From an uncultured Candidatus Saccharibacteria bacterium (GTDB taxonomy: Bacteria; Patescibacteriota; Saccharimonadia; Saccharimonadales; UBA7683): a stretch of DNA of 44,588 nt. The stretch spans positions 1 through 44,588 of the forward strand of contig CAZWBG010000001.1 of assembly GCA_964632215.1 (NCBI GenBank), read 5' to 3'. Position numbers and translations under genes: made by a program. Shown here one piece after another: positions 34,690 through 44,588 of this stretch (positions are counted from its first letter, which is position 1; every line of letters starts with the position of its first letter). The notes below the pieces were generated by a model, which did no database searches, had not been told where the DNA came from, and saw only the letters and a list, made by a program, of their open reading frames with translations.

Positions 34690-36627
34690 CTAGCGATTTG
34701 ATTCGGATACCCTGAAAGCCTGAGCATGACGCAGCCGAACATTCCAACGATCTTCAATTAGTTTACTGGGCTTTATTGGCGCAAGGTGGCTATATGTATC
34801 AATAATGTGCTGGCGGATTGCTGCTACTGTCTCGTAAGGACTATCTGCTTCACTAACGACTGTGTCCACGAGGCCGATTTCATGCTGCGCTTCACTGCTA
34901 GGGCTGAGCGCTAAAATAGTATCAGTACGATTTTGCGGCGTTGCGTTGGCACCGTATACGATAACTGATGCTGCACCAGGTTCGGCAACAGTCATCAGCC
35001 CTTTGCTTAACACTGCCAGCGAGTCACCGCGAGGGGATGTCACTAAACCTCCACCGCTACCCTGTAGACCTGTAATGATACTCATGATTGGCTGGCCATA
35101 GGTGCGGTAGCGCGCCAAGATGTTCGCGATGTCTTCGAACTGGCCTTGAAGTTCTGATTGTAGGGACGGTTCGGCACCAGGGGTGTCAGTTAACAGTATA
35201 AGCGGCAGTTGCAGTCTATCCCCCAGGTTTACCATGCGTAGTAGATACTTAAGATCAGAGGGTTTTGGTGTCGAAAGAATTTTTGAAACCTCTCCGTCGA
35301 CAATCCTGTATGACGGCTGATCGCCTGCTACCATAAAAGACCGCATGCCTATACGGCCAATACCTGCAATAATTGATGGATATATATACTCACCTCGATC
35401 TTTGTCGTAAAAGTGATTATAAAGTGGCACTACGTCTTGGAACGCTTGCTGTAGGACCATTTCGGTATCAGGGCGAGCTACGTCGAATAAAAGATTTCGG
35501 TAGCGATCGGTGAGCATTTGACCTATGGCGGTTTGCTGAGCGTCGGCTTCAGTTTTGCCCGCTGCGAGTTCGGTGGCGTACAGATCCGCTATATTACGCT
35601 CATGGCGTGGTTCCGCAGAAATAGTAATGTGAGCGTCTCTCTGATTATCTTCATATAGCGGTGGTGCGATTATGTTTTGCGAGAAGCGGAAGAATCGCTG
35701 CTCACCATCGGGCCCCACAAGTTGTGTAGGAGGAATAATGCTGCCATCAAATTTTGGGGTTTGTGCACTATCAACACTCAAAAAGCTACCAAGGTACTGG
35801 GTTAATTCACTGGTATTATGTACCAATACGTCGATGTTGCGCTGTAAAGCATGTACCTCTACCCGCTGTGCGCCCTCGGCTACTTCGCGATTTTCTTGAG
35901 CTGCGATAACACGGCCACCTGCAAACCCCATTTGAGTGCCAGTGTACGCAATGCGCAGGTCTGCTCGGGGCATTGAACTAGCAGTCACCCCACCCCAGAC
36001 TTCGCCAAGGAGCACGGCAACATTGGGCACATGAGGGGCTTTTTCTTTTAAGGCTTCGAGAGCTACTACGCCGCGCTCCATCTGGTATAGTGCTCGACCA
36101 TTTTCGTCTTGACGGGCTCCTCCCGATGAATAGATAGTTATGAGTGGACGCTTGGTGGCTTCGGCCAGCTCAATGGCCTGAAGGAGTTTCTCGCCAGCAA
36201 CAGACGAGAGTGAACCACCCATGAAGTCATAATGCATAGCATAGATTACGACATCGTGATCGTCTATTTTGCCAACACCAAACTCTGCGGCTTCGGGCTT
36301 GCCTTTTTCTTCTCGGTTCCTTGAGTGCTTGTCTTTGTAGACTTCAATCTTTTCGCCAATACGCTTAAAGAATGGAATGGTATCAAACTGCGGTATGAGA
36401 TGCGTGCCTCGCGGGTGAAAATCTACCTGTTCAAGGATAGACTCGAGTTCTTTCGGTATTTCTTTACTACTCCACCGTGGTGTGGCTTCAACCAGTTGTT
36501 CGGCAAGTGTTGGTGCGATAACTTGATGTGAAGAATCGAGCTCTTGGGCTAGTATCTGCGCAATATCGTCACAGATGACCTCACCCCCTATAAAGTGGTC
36601 TTCGTTAGTTATTGCTTCTTTGCTCAT
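34690..36627 (-). CDS. Fused acyl-CoA carboxylase carboxyltransferase (AccD-like beta plus AccA-like alpha)
   Basis: Beta motifs FMGGSL..AGEK, SSGGARQDE, GGVTAS, GFAGGRVI. Alpha motifs DTPGA, GSGGG, EPGAASVI. Confidence 0.82.
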   Translation of the reverse strand: MSKEAITNEDHFIGGEVICDDIAQILAQELDSSHQVIAPTLAEQLVEATPRWSSKEIPKELESILEQVDFHPRGTHLIPQFDTIPFFKRIGEKIEVYKDKHSRNREEKGKPEAAEFGVGKIDDHDVVIYAMHYDFMGGSLSSVAGEKLLQAIELAEATKRPLITIYSSGGARQDENGRALYQMERGVVALEALKEKAPHVPNVAVLLGEVWGGVTASSMPRADLRIAYTGTQMGFAGGRVIAAQENREVAEGAQRVEVHALQRNIDVLVHNTSELTQYLGSFLSVDSAQTPKFDGSIIPPTQLVGPDGEQRFFRFSQNIIAPPLYEDNQRDAHITISAEPRHERNIADLYATELAAGKTEADAQQTAIGQMLTDRYRNLLFDVARPDTEMVLQQAFQDVVPLYNHFYDKDRGEYIYPSIIAGIGRIGMRSFMVAGDQPSYRIVDGEVSKILSTPKPSDLKYLLRMVNLGDRLQLPLILLTDTPGAEPSLQSELQGQFEDIANILARYRTYGQPIMSIITGLQGSGGGLVTSPRGDSLAVLSKGLMTVAEPGAASVIVYGANATPQNRTDTILALSPSSEAQHEIGLVDTVVSEADSPYETVAAIRQHIIDTYSHLAPIKPSKLIEDRWNVRLRHAQAFRVSESNR

Positions 36628-36728
36628 AATTTGGCTTAATATACCATTTTCAGCATTTGTTCGCAACTAATGTGACGGCGCGAGAGGTGTTCTAGACTAA
36701 TACTCGTGAGCCCCTTCAAGATTAGTAG

Positions 36729-37964
36729 TTATCCTTCGGAGTTTACGGTGACTGGAGTATCGTGTGGATGTTTGAACTTTCGCACACAACCACAACGAAC
36801 GAGTAACCAGTAACTTATTGCTAGCCCTACTATCATAAACGCAGCCTGCACGAAGTATCCGAGCTTGAGCGAACCACCGGCAATAATAAGGCCGAGCAAG
36901 AACGTGAGAATCATCTTGGCAAACCTGCTCGCCAGCGACATTCCTGAAAGCACGGTGGCACGGATATTGCTCTGCATTTCTTGGTTAGCATAGTCAGACA
37001 CAATTGGCCGCTCCAGGTTGAATACGCCAATAGTGCTAATCACCAGGATGACAATCAGCGGGCTTTGTGTGGCGAGTGCTAGGCCAAAATATCCAATAAT
37101 CGAGAGACTTTTAATTAGCGCAAAGGCCTTCTCGAACGTCAGGTAGTTTTCAATAAGATAGACATATCTCTGCAAGACGAAGTTTATAAACAACCCGGCA
37201 CTAAACGCCGCTCCAACCCAGAAGTTATTAACGCTACTTGCTTCAAAGTGTGGCCCGTAGGTTCCATACAGGAAGTATTCATTACAAATCGTTAGCAGCC
37301 CAATCATGGTGAGCGCAAAGATTGTCTTGTTGTTCTTCATGAGATGAAAAGTTTTTGTAAGTGAGGTGAACATCTTTACTTCTTCCTGAACCACTGACTC
37401 GTGCTTAGATTCTTTGGAGCTATCTTTCAACGTAAGCGCAAAGACCGTAATAAATAGCTGAAGCGCTGCGGTGGCCAGTATGAGTGGTACATAGCTTGCA
37501 GAGTTAAACTCCCCGTATATAACAGCAGTTATAAGGCCTGCTGCAAATAAGCCAGCTATGCCGTTTGAGGTGACAATACTACTTTGCTTTTTATAGTTAA
37601 GTCCTTCTTCTTGCGAGGCCTCAAATAGGAGTGCTTCGTTTGCACCACTGACCATGGCCGTGCCAATGGCTCGGATGATATTCATGGCGTAGAGTCCAAA
37701 AGTGGTTGGTGAGAATACGATAACCAAAAGACCAAGGACGTTTAAGAAGTAACCGAGTGCCATGGAGGTTTTTCGCCCAAACTTATCAGCAATAAAGCCA
37801 GTCGGAATCTCTGAAAGAAAGACTGTGCCCGCGAAGATGCTCTGTGCAATTACAGCATTTGAAAGCGACACTCCTTGCGAGATCGCAAAGAGATTCGTCA
37901 CTATAGTGGCGAAAAACATACCATCAATAAACTCAATGAGTTTTAGTTTTTGTACTGTTTTCAT
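36729..37964 (-). CDS. MFS transporter
   Basis: About 12 TM segments, motif A-like EIPTGFIADKFGRK, SGANEALLFE, RATVLS. Confidence 0.92.
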   Translation of the reverse strand: MKTVQKLKLIEFIDGMFFATIVTNLFAISQGVSLSNAVIAQSIFAGTVFLSEIPTGFIADKFGRKTSMALGYFLNVLGLLVIVFSPTTFGLYAMNIIRAIGTAMVSGANEALLFEASQEEGLNYKKQSSIVTSNGIAGLFAAGLITAVIYGEFNSASYVPLILATAALQLFITVFALTLKDSSKESKHESVVQEEVKMFTSLTKTFHLMKNNKTIFALTMIGLLTICNEYFLYGTYGPHFEASSVNNFWVGAAFSAGLFINFVLQRYVYLIENYLTFEKAFALIKSLSIIGYFGLALATQSPLIVILVISTIGVFNLERPIVSDYANQEMQSNIRATVLSGMSLASRFAKMILTFLLGLIIAGGSLKLGYFVQAAFMIVGLAISYWLLVRCGCVRKFKHPHDTPVTVNSEG

Positions 37965-38043
37965 ACGATTGAGTATATCAGAGAGAAGAGTGTTCGTACC
38001 AAGCACGCCATAAGAAGTGACTATCCCGTCGGAGTCACTAAAT

Positions 38044-38511
38044 TTACGCAAATTGAATGGTATATAAGATCCAGAAAAGGAATATAGTAGCAGCTCCTTC
38101 TATGATTGCTCCCCATGGTCGTTCGCACCACTGGATGTATCGGTGAAATTTTGTGTGTGCAAGCTCCAGAAGACGTGTGGGCTTACGGTGCCACCTCTCG
38201 TAAGCGACATAATAATATATTCCAGCTACATCAGGTGATGCTGCAACGAGGCCAGTGAAAAGCGCAAACCACTGCGCTTGCATAGCTAAGAGTGACACAA
38301 CTATAATTGAGGATATTACAGATAAGGTTGCAACCCAATAGGTAAGTTTGTACTCAAGTGCCTTTCCGTACCCCCTGTTTCCTTTATATCCAAAGTGCGG
38401 TAATGCATCCAGGACAAAGTGAGATGCAAAAGCGAGCGTCGTTGCGGCTACGGGATTCTTAACAGTTAACCCAATTATTGCTCCAACAAGAATGTGGTTT
38501 GTGACAGTCAT
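38044..38511 (-). CDS. Membrane protein, possibly a metal-binding hydrolase-like family
   Basis: NHILVGA, ASHFVLDALPH and SPD pattern among TM segments. Confidence 0.65.
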   Translation of the reverse strand: MTVTNHILVGAIIGLTVKNPVAATTLAFASHFVLDALPHFGYKGNRGYGKALEYKLTYWVATLSVISSIIVVSLLAMQAQWFALFTGLVAASPDVAGIYYYVAYERWHRKPTRLLELAHTKFHRYIQWCERPWGAIIEGAATIFLFWILYTIQFA

Positions 38512-38722
38512 TGGTAGTAGTTTACCACTCCTGTCTCGTGGTGGCATTCGATGTGCGATATGTGAGGTTGCCTTACTTCATTTTTTACACCTACATAGCT
38601 ACTAGGGCATATTATATTTGACAAGATTCGGTCAGGGCGGGTAACATAAACAGTATACACACCACAATAGCTCTAGTAGAAAAATATAAAATTAATATAA
38701 ACTACGGAGCAAAAAATACGAA

Positions 38723-40148
38723 ATGAAGCTAAAACAGTTAGCCAAAAAAATAATGATATTCGCAGTGGCGTTATTCACGTTTGTAGTATTCAATTCGTCA
38801 AAACCAGCTTACGCTGCAAGCTACATCTGGGACGGTGGCGGGGCTACAAGTAACTGGAGCGACTGTGATAACTGGAGTGCAAATATCTGTCCAACTGCTG
38901 CGGACAATGTTATCTTCAATGCAACGAGCGTAAAAGATGCTTCAATTAATACAGGTTTTACAGGTACTATCCTTGGTTTAACAATTGCTAGTGGCTATAC
39001 AGGTTCTATAATGCAGGAGCGAGATCTCATCGCTAACAGTTTTGCCCAAGCAGCTGGAGCATACAACGCTGGAAATCATAACCTTACCATTCGAGCCGGA
39101 TTCTTGACTTCCGGGGGTACTTTTACCGCGCCTAGCGAGACTCTTGATCTTTGGGGTCAGTTTACAATTGGAGCAGCGAACCAATTTATTCATAATAACG
39201 GCACAGTTATTTTTTGGTGGTACAGATAGTTCACGATTCACCGTAACCTGTAATGGAGCAGAGTTCAACCATGTGATACTCAGCTGGGCAAGAAATGTCC
39301 GCGAGACCTGTATTTTACCACTCGGGCACGATCCTATAGTGGGCGTTGGTAATGGCTGGAACTATCACCGTATTTACGGAGAGATCAACGGTACTGGTAA
39401 GCTTAGCGTAGGGATGGGAGAATCAAGTCTAAATCGAGGCTATCAAGTGCTCGATGGCGGCAAGGTAGAGGGTTTTTCGAGTATTGAGACTGGCACGCTA
39501 AGGTATAGTAATGCTGTATTTGACCTCAGCAGTACGCCAACTGTTACTGTGCTCGGGCCACTATTGATACAAAATAACTCCAATCTTACAGCACCCGAAT
39601 CTTTGACAATCAATGGCTTCCTCACAACTGATGCAACCAGTACTTTCACACATAATAACGGCACAGTTGCATTTACAGGCATAGCCAACGCTGTTAATGG
39701 TAATAACACCTTCTATAACCTTACTAAGGTTGCCACTGAGCCAAGTACCCTCACGTTTGCCGCCAACTCAACACAGACTATTTCGGGTAGCTTAACCTTG
39801 CGAGGAGTTAATCAAGATAATTTACTAGCTTTAGTCTCGAGCGTTCCTGGTACGCAGTGGAATATTGATGTCCAGGGGCAACAAAGTTTACGCTATCTTT
39901 CCTTCCAAGACGGTAATAATGTGGGCGCAAATGTCTTGTTGGCTTATGACAGTCAAGATCTTGGTGACAACTCGAACATACAGTTCGCGGCATTTCCGGT
40001 ACCTAATCCTCCAGCAGCAAATGAAAACTCAGCAAATATAAATGGATTGGCAAACACCGGAGTAAACAAAGCTACACTACTCTCAATAAGTGTAGCTAGT
40101 GTTGCTATCGGAGCTATATTCCTTACTTTGCGCAAATACGTCTTCTAA
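38723..40148 (+). pseudogene. Secreted beta-rich surface protein with a LANTG anchor, split by one extra T in a T6 run (39210-39215)
   Basis: ORF1 has a signal peptide and YIWDGGG...NWS...NWS. ORF2 ends LANTG-TM-RK. An 18-nt internal repeat encoding HNNGTV (39191 and 39651) sits in the two different frames. Confidence 0.75.
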
Positions 40149-40270
40149 TTGCAATTAACGAGTCCAAAGCGAGCGCATACTTGTACAAACGAGTCCAAAA
40201 GGATGAAAGTGAAGGCTAAGAGGTAAATTCAGGTCATTAATGTTAACGACTCCTGTAGATCGACATCTGT

Positions 40271-40711
40271 TTAATTGGTAAGGGTGCCGATTTTATATTG
40301 GGCTAGTTGTTGGGTGGCGCTGCTGCTGTGTGGTGTTCCGGAGCCTACCGCTTGCCCATCATTGGTTGTGCGCTCGGTAAATAATGTCGTGCCATCAACT
40401 CCACAGGCCTGCAGTATTCGATCACCTCCTGGGTGACTCCTGATGTAGGAAGTGATGTCATACACGGTGCCGTTGATGATTGTCCAGCAGCTATCTTTGG
40501 TGCTGTGAGTTGCAACTTCAGCACGAGCATAGCTTACTTCTCCACTAGTACTCGTGTCTTCAACTTCGGGTGCTGCCTCAGGTTGAGTAACTGTGGTTGG
40601 CTGTGTGTTTTGCTCAGCGGGTTTATCGATTACGAGTTTCCAAACAGCAAATCCGCCTGCAAGAATGATTGCGATGGTCAGTAAAATAATTGCGAGTTTT
40701 TTGTTACTCAT
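40271..40711 (-). CDS. Membrane-anchored cytochrome b5-like heme-binding protein
   Basis: EVATHSTKDSCWTIINGTVYDITSYIRSHPGG and a second His in PHSSSA. Confidence 0.9.
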   Translation of the reverse strand: MSNKKLAIILLTIAIILAGGFAVWKLVIDKPAEQNTQPTTVTQPEAAPEVEDTSTSGEVSYARAEVATHSTKDSCWTIINGTVYDITSYIRSHPGGDRILQACGVDGTTLFTERTTNDGQAVGSGTPHSSSATQQLAQYKIGTLTN

Positions 40712-40754
40712 GTATACGATTGTAGCATAAGTAATTTAGGGGTAGAATGGGTGT

Positions 40755-41396
40755 ATGAAGCATCTTATGAAGCATCTTATGAAGTGGCTGCCCTGGGGGT
40801 TGTTCGCCTTAGTCGTTGTTGTCTCATTCTTAGGATGGGCGGATCTACGTGATTGGCAATTTGACTCGCTTACTGCTCTTGCTCTCTTTCCGCTCCTTGG
40901 TCTACTAGCCTGGAGTATTATGTGGACACACTATGCAGTTGGTGGAGTGCGCTTGTTCTCGCCTGCTCCAGAGAATAAGTTGTACTCCAAAATTACGTCA
41001 ATCATCGTTTTGGTATGTCTACTGCTTCATCCTGGGCTCCTGGCCTGGAGTCAGTGGGATACTACTGGCATACTTCCGGCAGAAAGTTACTATAACTATG
41101 TCGGTCCTTCGCTTAGAGGGGTGGTTATCTTAGGTAGCGTAAGTCTCGTTATATTCTTAAGCTTCGAAGTGTTTGAACTATTGCGTAAACATCCACTGGT
41201 GAAGCGTAATTGGAAATGGATTAGTCTAAGTCAGATGATTGCTATGATTTTGATCTTTATACATGCTCTGCGACTCGGCCAAAACCTGCAGAGTGGTTGG
41301 TTTCAGTTGTGGTGGATTGCATTAGGAGTCTTACTTGTCCCCTGCTTCGGTTTAATAATCCGCAACGAATGGTCGCAAAAATCCCCTGATAAGTAA
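40755..41396 (+). CDS. Multi-pass membrane protein, ferric reductase-like TM domain
   Basis: About 6 TM helices with intramembrane His residues (WTHY, LLHP, FIHA). Divergent from the b5 gene. Confidence 0.65.
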   Translation: MKHLMKHLMKWLPWGLFALVVVVSFLGWADLRDWQFDSLTALALFPLLGLLAWSIMWTHYAVGGVRLFSPAPENKLYSKITSIIVLVCLLLHPGLLAWSQWDTTGILPAESYYNYVGPSLRGVVILGSVSLVIFLSFEVFELLRKHPLVKRNWKWISLSQMIAMILIFIHALRLGQNLQSGWFQLWWIALGVLLVPCFGLIIRNEWSQKSPDK

Positions 41397-41422
41397 TGAT
41401 TTAATAATCCTATTATGGTAGG

Positions 41423-41821
41423 ATGGGTGATATGAGTTTAGGTCCACCACTTGAAGGTACAAAATTAGCTGGTTTTGATCCCATTGATTCGGTCGATGAG
41501 CTGCAGGTTATTGACGTTGTTGAAGGTACGGGCGATGAGGTAAAGCCTCTGGCTCGAATAACTGCCCACTACACCGGTGCATTGGCGGCTGATGGTACCA
41601 TCTTCCAGAGTTCGCACGATATCTCTCAACCTGCAACATTTGGCTTAGACCAAGTTATAGCGGGCTGGACAGACGGCGTTCCTGGTATGAAGGTTGGCGG
41701 TACACGCCGTTTAATTATTCCAGCAGCTCAAGCCTATGGTGAACGCTCCCCTGCTGCTAATATCCCAGCCAATTCAGATCTTGTTTTTGATATCGAACTG
41801 ATCGAAATCAAGCCTTTTTAG
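41423..41821 (+). CDS. FKBP-type peptidyl-prolyl isomerase
   Basis: HYTGAL..G..FQSS, VIAGWTDGVPGMKVGGTRRLIIP..AYG, IPANSDLVFDIEL. Confidence 0.95.
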   Translation: MGDMSLGPPLEGTKLAGFDPIDSVDELQVIDVVEGTGDEVKPLARITAHYTGALAADGTIFQSSHDISQPATFGLDQVIAGWTDGVPGMKVGGTRRLIIPAAQAYGERSPAANIPANSDLVFDIELIEIKPF

Positions 41822-41869
41822 CCTATCTGCCTAAATAAAATTAATTAAATTAGCCTAGAAGAGGTAAAT

Positions 41870-42253
41870 TTATTTGGCTGGTTCGGAAAGAACTTGGCCA
41901 ATTAATTCTACGAGCATGCTCGGTGTTACGTCGGCTTTAATAATATAACCATCGGCCATGCGCTCAAGTCGTTCACGGTCATCGGCTGGTTCGTCAAAGT
42001 TGGTGGTAACAATAATTTTGGTGAGTGGCAGGCCGTCGGCCTTTTCACCGCGTAATTCTTCTAATATTTCCACACCAGTTTTATCTGGTAGCATGATGTC
42101 GAGTAAAATCACATCGTATACGTGCTCACGAGCTTGCTTAAGGCCCTCTTCTCCGTTGGAGATTACATCTATGTCGTAACCCGCTTTTTTCAGTGAGTGA
42201 ACATACATATCGGCTATAAAATGATCGTCTTCAATACATAAGATTTTTGTCAT
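41870..42253 (-). CDS. Stand-alone response regulator receiver
   Basis: KILCIEDD, DVILLDIMLPD, YIIKA. Confidence 0.92.
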   Translation of the reverse strand: MTKILCIEDDHFIADMYVHSLKKAGYDIDVISNGEEGLKQAREHVYDVILLDIMLPDKTGVEILEELRGEKADGLPLTKIIVTTNFDEPADDRERLERMADGYIIKADVTPSMLVELIGQVLSEPAK

Positions 42254-42262
42254 AGTTGCTCC

Positions 42263-43711
42263 TTAGCGACGGTAGAGTGCATGGTTCTTAATCCAGCCAT
42301 GGCTCCCCCGTATGATACCATTATCTTCACTGTTTACACCGTTCTTTAGTTGATCCGCCACAGATGCATAGGTTGGAATCGCAAATCCGAAGGTTGTGCC
42401 GACGCCCTCGGTAGAACGAACCCAGATGCTGCCACCGTGAGTGTCAACAATAACTTTACAGAGGTAGAGGCCGAGTCCTGTCCCACTCACAATTTGCTTA
42501 CTACGGTGTGAGCGGTAGAATTTTGTAAAAAGATTTGAAACGACGTTGCCAGGAATACCAATGCCAAAATCTTGAATAGTGGTTTCTATAGTGTCTTCTT
42601 TGAGCTTCGCACTTACAACGATCTTCCCACCATCTTTACTGTATTTAATAGCGTTATCGATCAGGTTTTGAATAACGTGTTGGATCGCGATTGGGTCAAC
42701 GGCTATGGTCGGTAAGTTCTTAGCAATATGTAGCTCAATCACCCTGTGGTGTGCTTTGGCACGAATCGAAAGGTCGTTGGCTGATTGTGTGAGTATACTG
42801 CCCCAGTTGGCCTCTTTTTGATGAATTTCGAAGGTATCTTTATCAACTCGCGAGACGTTTAGAATGTTGTCAACATAGCCAGCGAGCTGTCGGGCAGAGA
42901 TAGCCATACGAGTTAAGAGCTCTTTGTGTTCAGCGTCAAGCGTGGCACCAACTTCGTCTTGAAATATGTCTATAATGCCACGCATGACGGTAATTGGCCC
43001 GCGTAGTTCATGAGCTGCAAGCGAGATAAATTCCATTTGTTTTTCCTGGCGATTGTATTCTTCGCTGCGGTCAATAAGTAGTGCAACAACTTCATAATTG
43101 TAGGTGTCATTTTTGTTGTAGTGTACCAGTATGTCGTAAGCCATAGTTTCTTCACCATGCTGAAAGATGACCATCGGCCACCGCTTGAGATCTTGAATCT
43201 TCTGACTTTTTGCCTGATGAAGCCAATCGAGAAAATTCACCACTCCACCACCATTACTGCGCAGCTGACTTAAGCGTTGCAGAGTGGTCTGGGTATTAAT
43301 TTGGTCTTCTTCATTGAAGCCGAGCATCTTAGCAGCAAGTTGGTTAACTTTTGTAAGCTCGTCGTTATTATCGAATATTAGAAAGCCGACCGGAAGATCT
43401 TCAAGCAGTGTCTTGGTATTTTCACTGACGGCAGAAAGGGCGCTGTTTGAGGCATTTACTTTCTCGTTAAGCTCGTTGAGCTCTTTCGTGATGTGCTCAA
43501 TTGGCTCACGTAGACTTTTGCTGAGCACTCGTGTGACGATTCCACCAGCCAACAGCAAACTTGTAAGAGCGAGTAGGGTCATCTGTACCCAGTTGAGTTG
43601 CAGTAAAAGATGAGTGCCACCGACGACTACAACTGTAATAAGAACACTCACTACATAGCCTCCAAAGATATAACGGCTAAAGGATTCTTGGGAGTGATTC
43701 GTGTGTTTCAT
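42263..43711 (-). CDS. Sensor histidine kinase
   Basis: Two N-terminal TMs, AAHELRGP, NLIDNAIKYS, DFGIGIP, GTGLGLYL. Confidence 0.93.
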   Translation of the reverse strand: MKHTNHSQESFSRYIFGGYVVSVLITVVVVGGTHLLLQLNWVQMTLLALTSLLLAGGIVTRVLSKSLREPIEHITKELNELNEKVNASNSALSAVSENTKTLLEDLPVGFLIFDNNDELTKVNQLAAKMLGFNEEDQINTQTTLQRLSQLRSNGGGVVNFLDWLHQAKSQKIQDLKRWPMVIFQHGEETMAYDILVHYNKNDTYNYEVVALLIDRSEEYNRQEKQMEFISLAAHELRGPITVMRGIIDIFQDEVGATLDAEHKELLTRMAISARQLAGYVDNILNVSRVDKDTFEIHQKEANWGSILTQSANDLSIRAKAHHRVIELHIAKNLPTIAVDPIAIQHVIQNLIDNAIKYSKDGGKIVVSAKLKEDTIETTIQDFGIGIPGNVVSNLFTKFYRSHRSKQIVSGTGLGLYLCKVIVDTHGGSIWVRSTEGVGTTFGFAIPTYASVADQLKNGVNSEDNGIIRGSHGWIKNHALYRR

Positions 43712-43717
43712 AAGCGA

Positions 43718-44588
43718 TTACTGCCAGGTTGGCGTTCTATCTGACGGGATAGCGGTGATCCAGGTTTGTCCCGCATTTAGTTTGACGGTTTTACCCTCGG
43801 CATCCTTGAAGGCGATCTGATCCTTGTCGCTAGCCTTGCTCCAGGTAATCTCTTGGACCGTACCATCTTGGAAGAGCCAGGCCTTACCAGACCCATTTAC
43901 ATCTGGGTAGCCATAACCATTGGAATCTCGTATAACATCATGGGGTACTTGCAGAACTATCACAACCTTTGGTGTAATCTGGCCTTTTTCACGGTCTATA
44001 TGGGCCGCACCGCCAACACTTCGTCGATAGCTGTTAGTTGTTGGATCCCAAGTGTAACTTACGGCGAACATACCAGTCGAGATAGGTACATCGATACTTG
44101 ATGCGTTTGGTGTTGCGCTTGGAACCTCCTTTTTGGTTCGCTCCCAGCTAGTGAAGGTACTGCCTGTGTAACCCTTTGCTTTGTTGAGTGCCTGCAACCG
44201 CTCGTCGCTTGTATAGACATTATGCGGTGCATAGCGGTCATTACTTCTCCAATAAGTGTCTGGGTTGAAGAACTGATCTAAGTCACGTATAGCACCGGAG
44301 CGGAGTTTTTGCAGTGGTATATCGCTACCACCAACGTGGGCCAAACCGGCATCAAACCCGGCTATCCAGCTGGCAAACTGGGGTCGAACACTGCGGACTG
44401 GTCCGATCATTGCAGGCCTGCTCTCTTGAAAAATTGCCAAGAAGCGAGTGATGCCGCCCTCAGCTACACTTTCGAAGACTACTCCAGCCTCTTGTAAGCC
44501 AGATTGTGGTCGAGCTTCCGGGCTATTCTCTATCATAACTCCTGTCACGGGACGTTTACTGTCTTCTTCGCTCACCTCTATCCCTGTA
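43718..44588 (-). CDS. DUF3048-like extracytoplasmic protein, probably 5' truncated by the window edge
   Basis: RPVTGVMIENSPEARPQSGL..A.VVFE..AEGGITRF, GPVRSVR, APHNVY. The frame stays open to the window end. Confidence 0.82.
   Translation of the reverse strand, partial: TGIEVSEEDSKRPVTGVMIENSPEARPQSGLQEAGVVFESVAEGGITRFLAIFQESRPAMIGPVRSVRPQFASWIAGFDAGLAHVGGSDIPLQKLRSGAIRDLDQFFNPDTYWRSNDRYAPHNVYTSDERLQALNKAKGYTGSTFTSWERTKKEVPSATPNASSIDVPISTGMFAVSYTWDPTTNSYRRSVGGAAHIDREKGQITPKVVIVLQVPHDVIRDSNGYGYPDVNGSGKAWLFQDGTVQEITWSKASDKDQIAFKDAEGKTVKLNAGQTWITAIPSDRTPTWQ

Noticed and set aside
40157-40252. 12-bp direct repeat AACGAGTCCAAA (40157 and 40188) plus a partial third copy, as a possible mini-CRISPR
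   Set aside because: Repeats too short and too few, irregular spacing, and no cas genes. No CRISPR array was seen anywhere in the window.
40218-41870. AAGAGGTAAATT repeated at 40218 and 41859 in two convergent spacers
   Set aside because: Two copies of an AT-rich 12-mer with no flanking similarity or target duplication are insufficient to call an element boundary.
1-44588. Alternative genetic code (UGA as Gly/Trp, as in some CPR lineages)
   Set aside because: Conserved genes such as rsmH and mraY end at TGA at normal lengths, and long genes contain no in-frame TGA.

Overview
The gene set and style point to a Candidate Phyla Radiation (Patescibacteria, probably Saccharimonadia-like) chromosome using the standard bacterial code; this taxonomy is inference. 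Housekeeping content: a reduced dcw cluster (mraZ-rsmH-ftsL-ftsI-mraY-ftsW-murG-ftsQ-like, with no ftsA/ftsZ following), an M13 peptidase, a VirD4/TraD-like ATPase, topA, dprA, pth, der, a pseudouridine synthase, two histidine kinase/receiver pairs and an FKBP. Two signals stand out. (1) A 5.1-kb element is integrated at the CCA end of tRNA-Glu(CTC), bounded by a 7-bp TCACCAA repeat (29436-29442 and 34540-34546). The crossover lies inside its large serine recombinase gene. Integrated, the gene ends in 19 codons of antisense tRNA. Joining the element ends in silico restores a 38-aa C-terminus whose stop overlaps (ATGA) the start of a terminase-small-subunit-like gene. The element also carries a ParB-like plus Dam-like methylase pair. 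(2) An ~870-nt ORF-poor, hairpin-rich minus-strand unit (about 16961-16091) has a perfect TTGACA-17-TATAAT promoter, an intrinsic terminator and a tRNA-like 5' module, and is a candidate large structured ncRNA. Smaller signals: a second ~370-nt ncRNA candidate, a 20-aa ORF with a strong RBS inside the dcw operon, an AccD-AccA fusion and a frameshifted LANTG-anchored surface protein. All assignments come from reading motifs by eye; no database searches were run.
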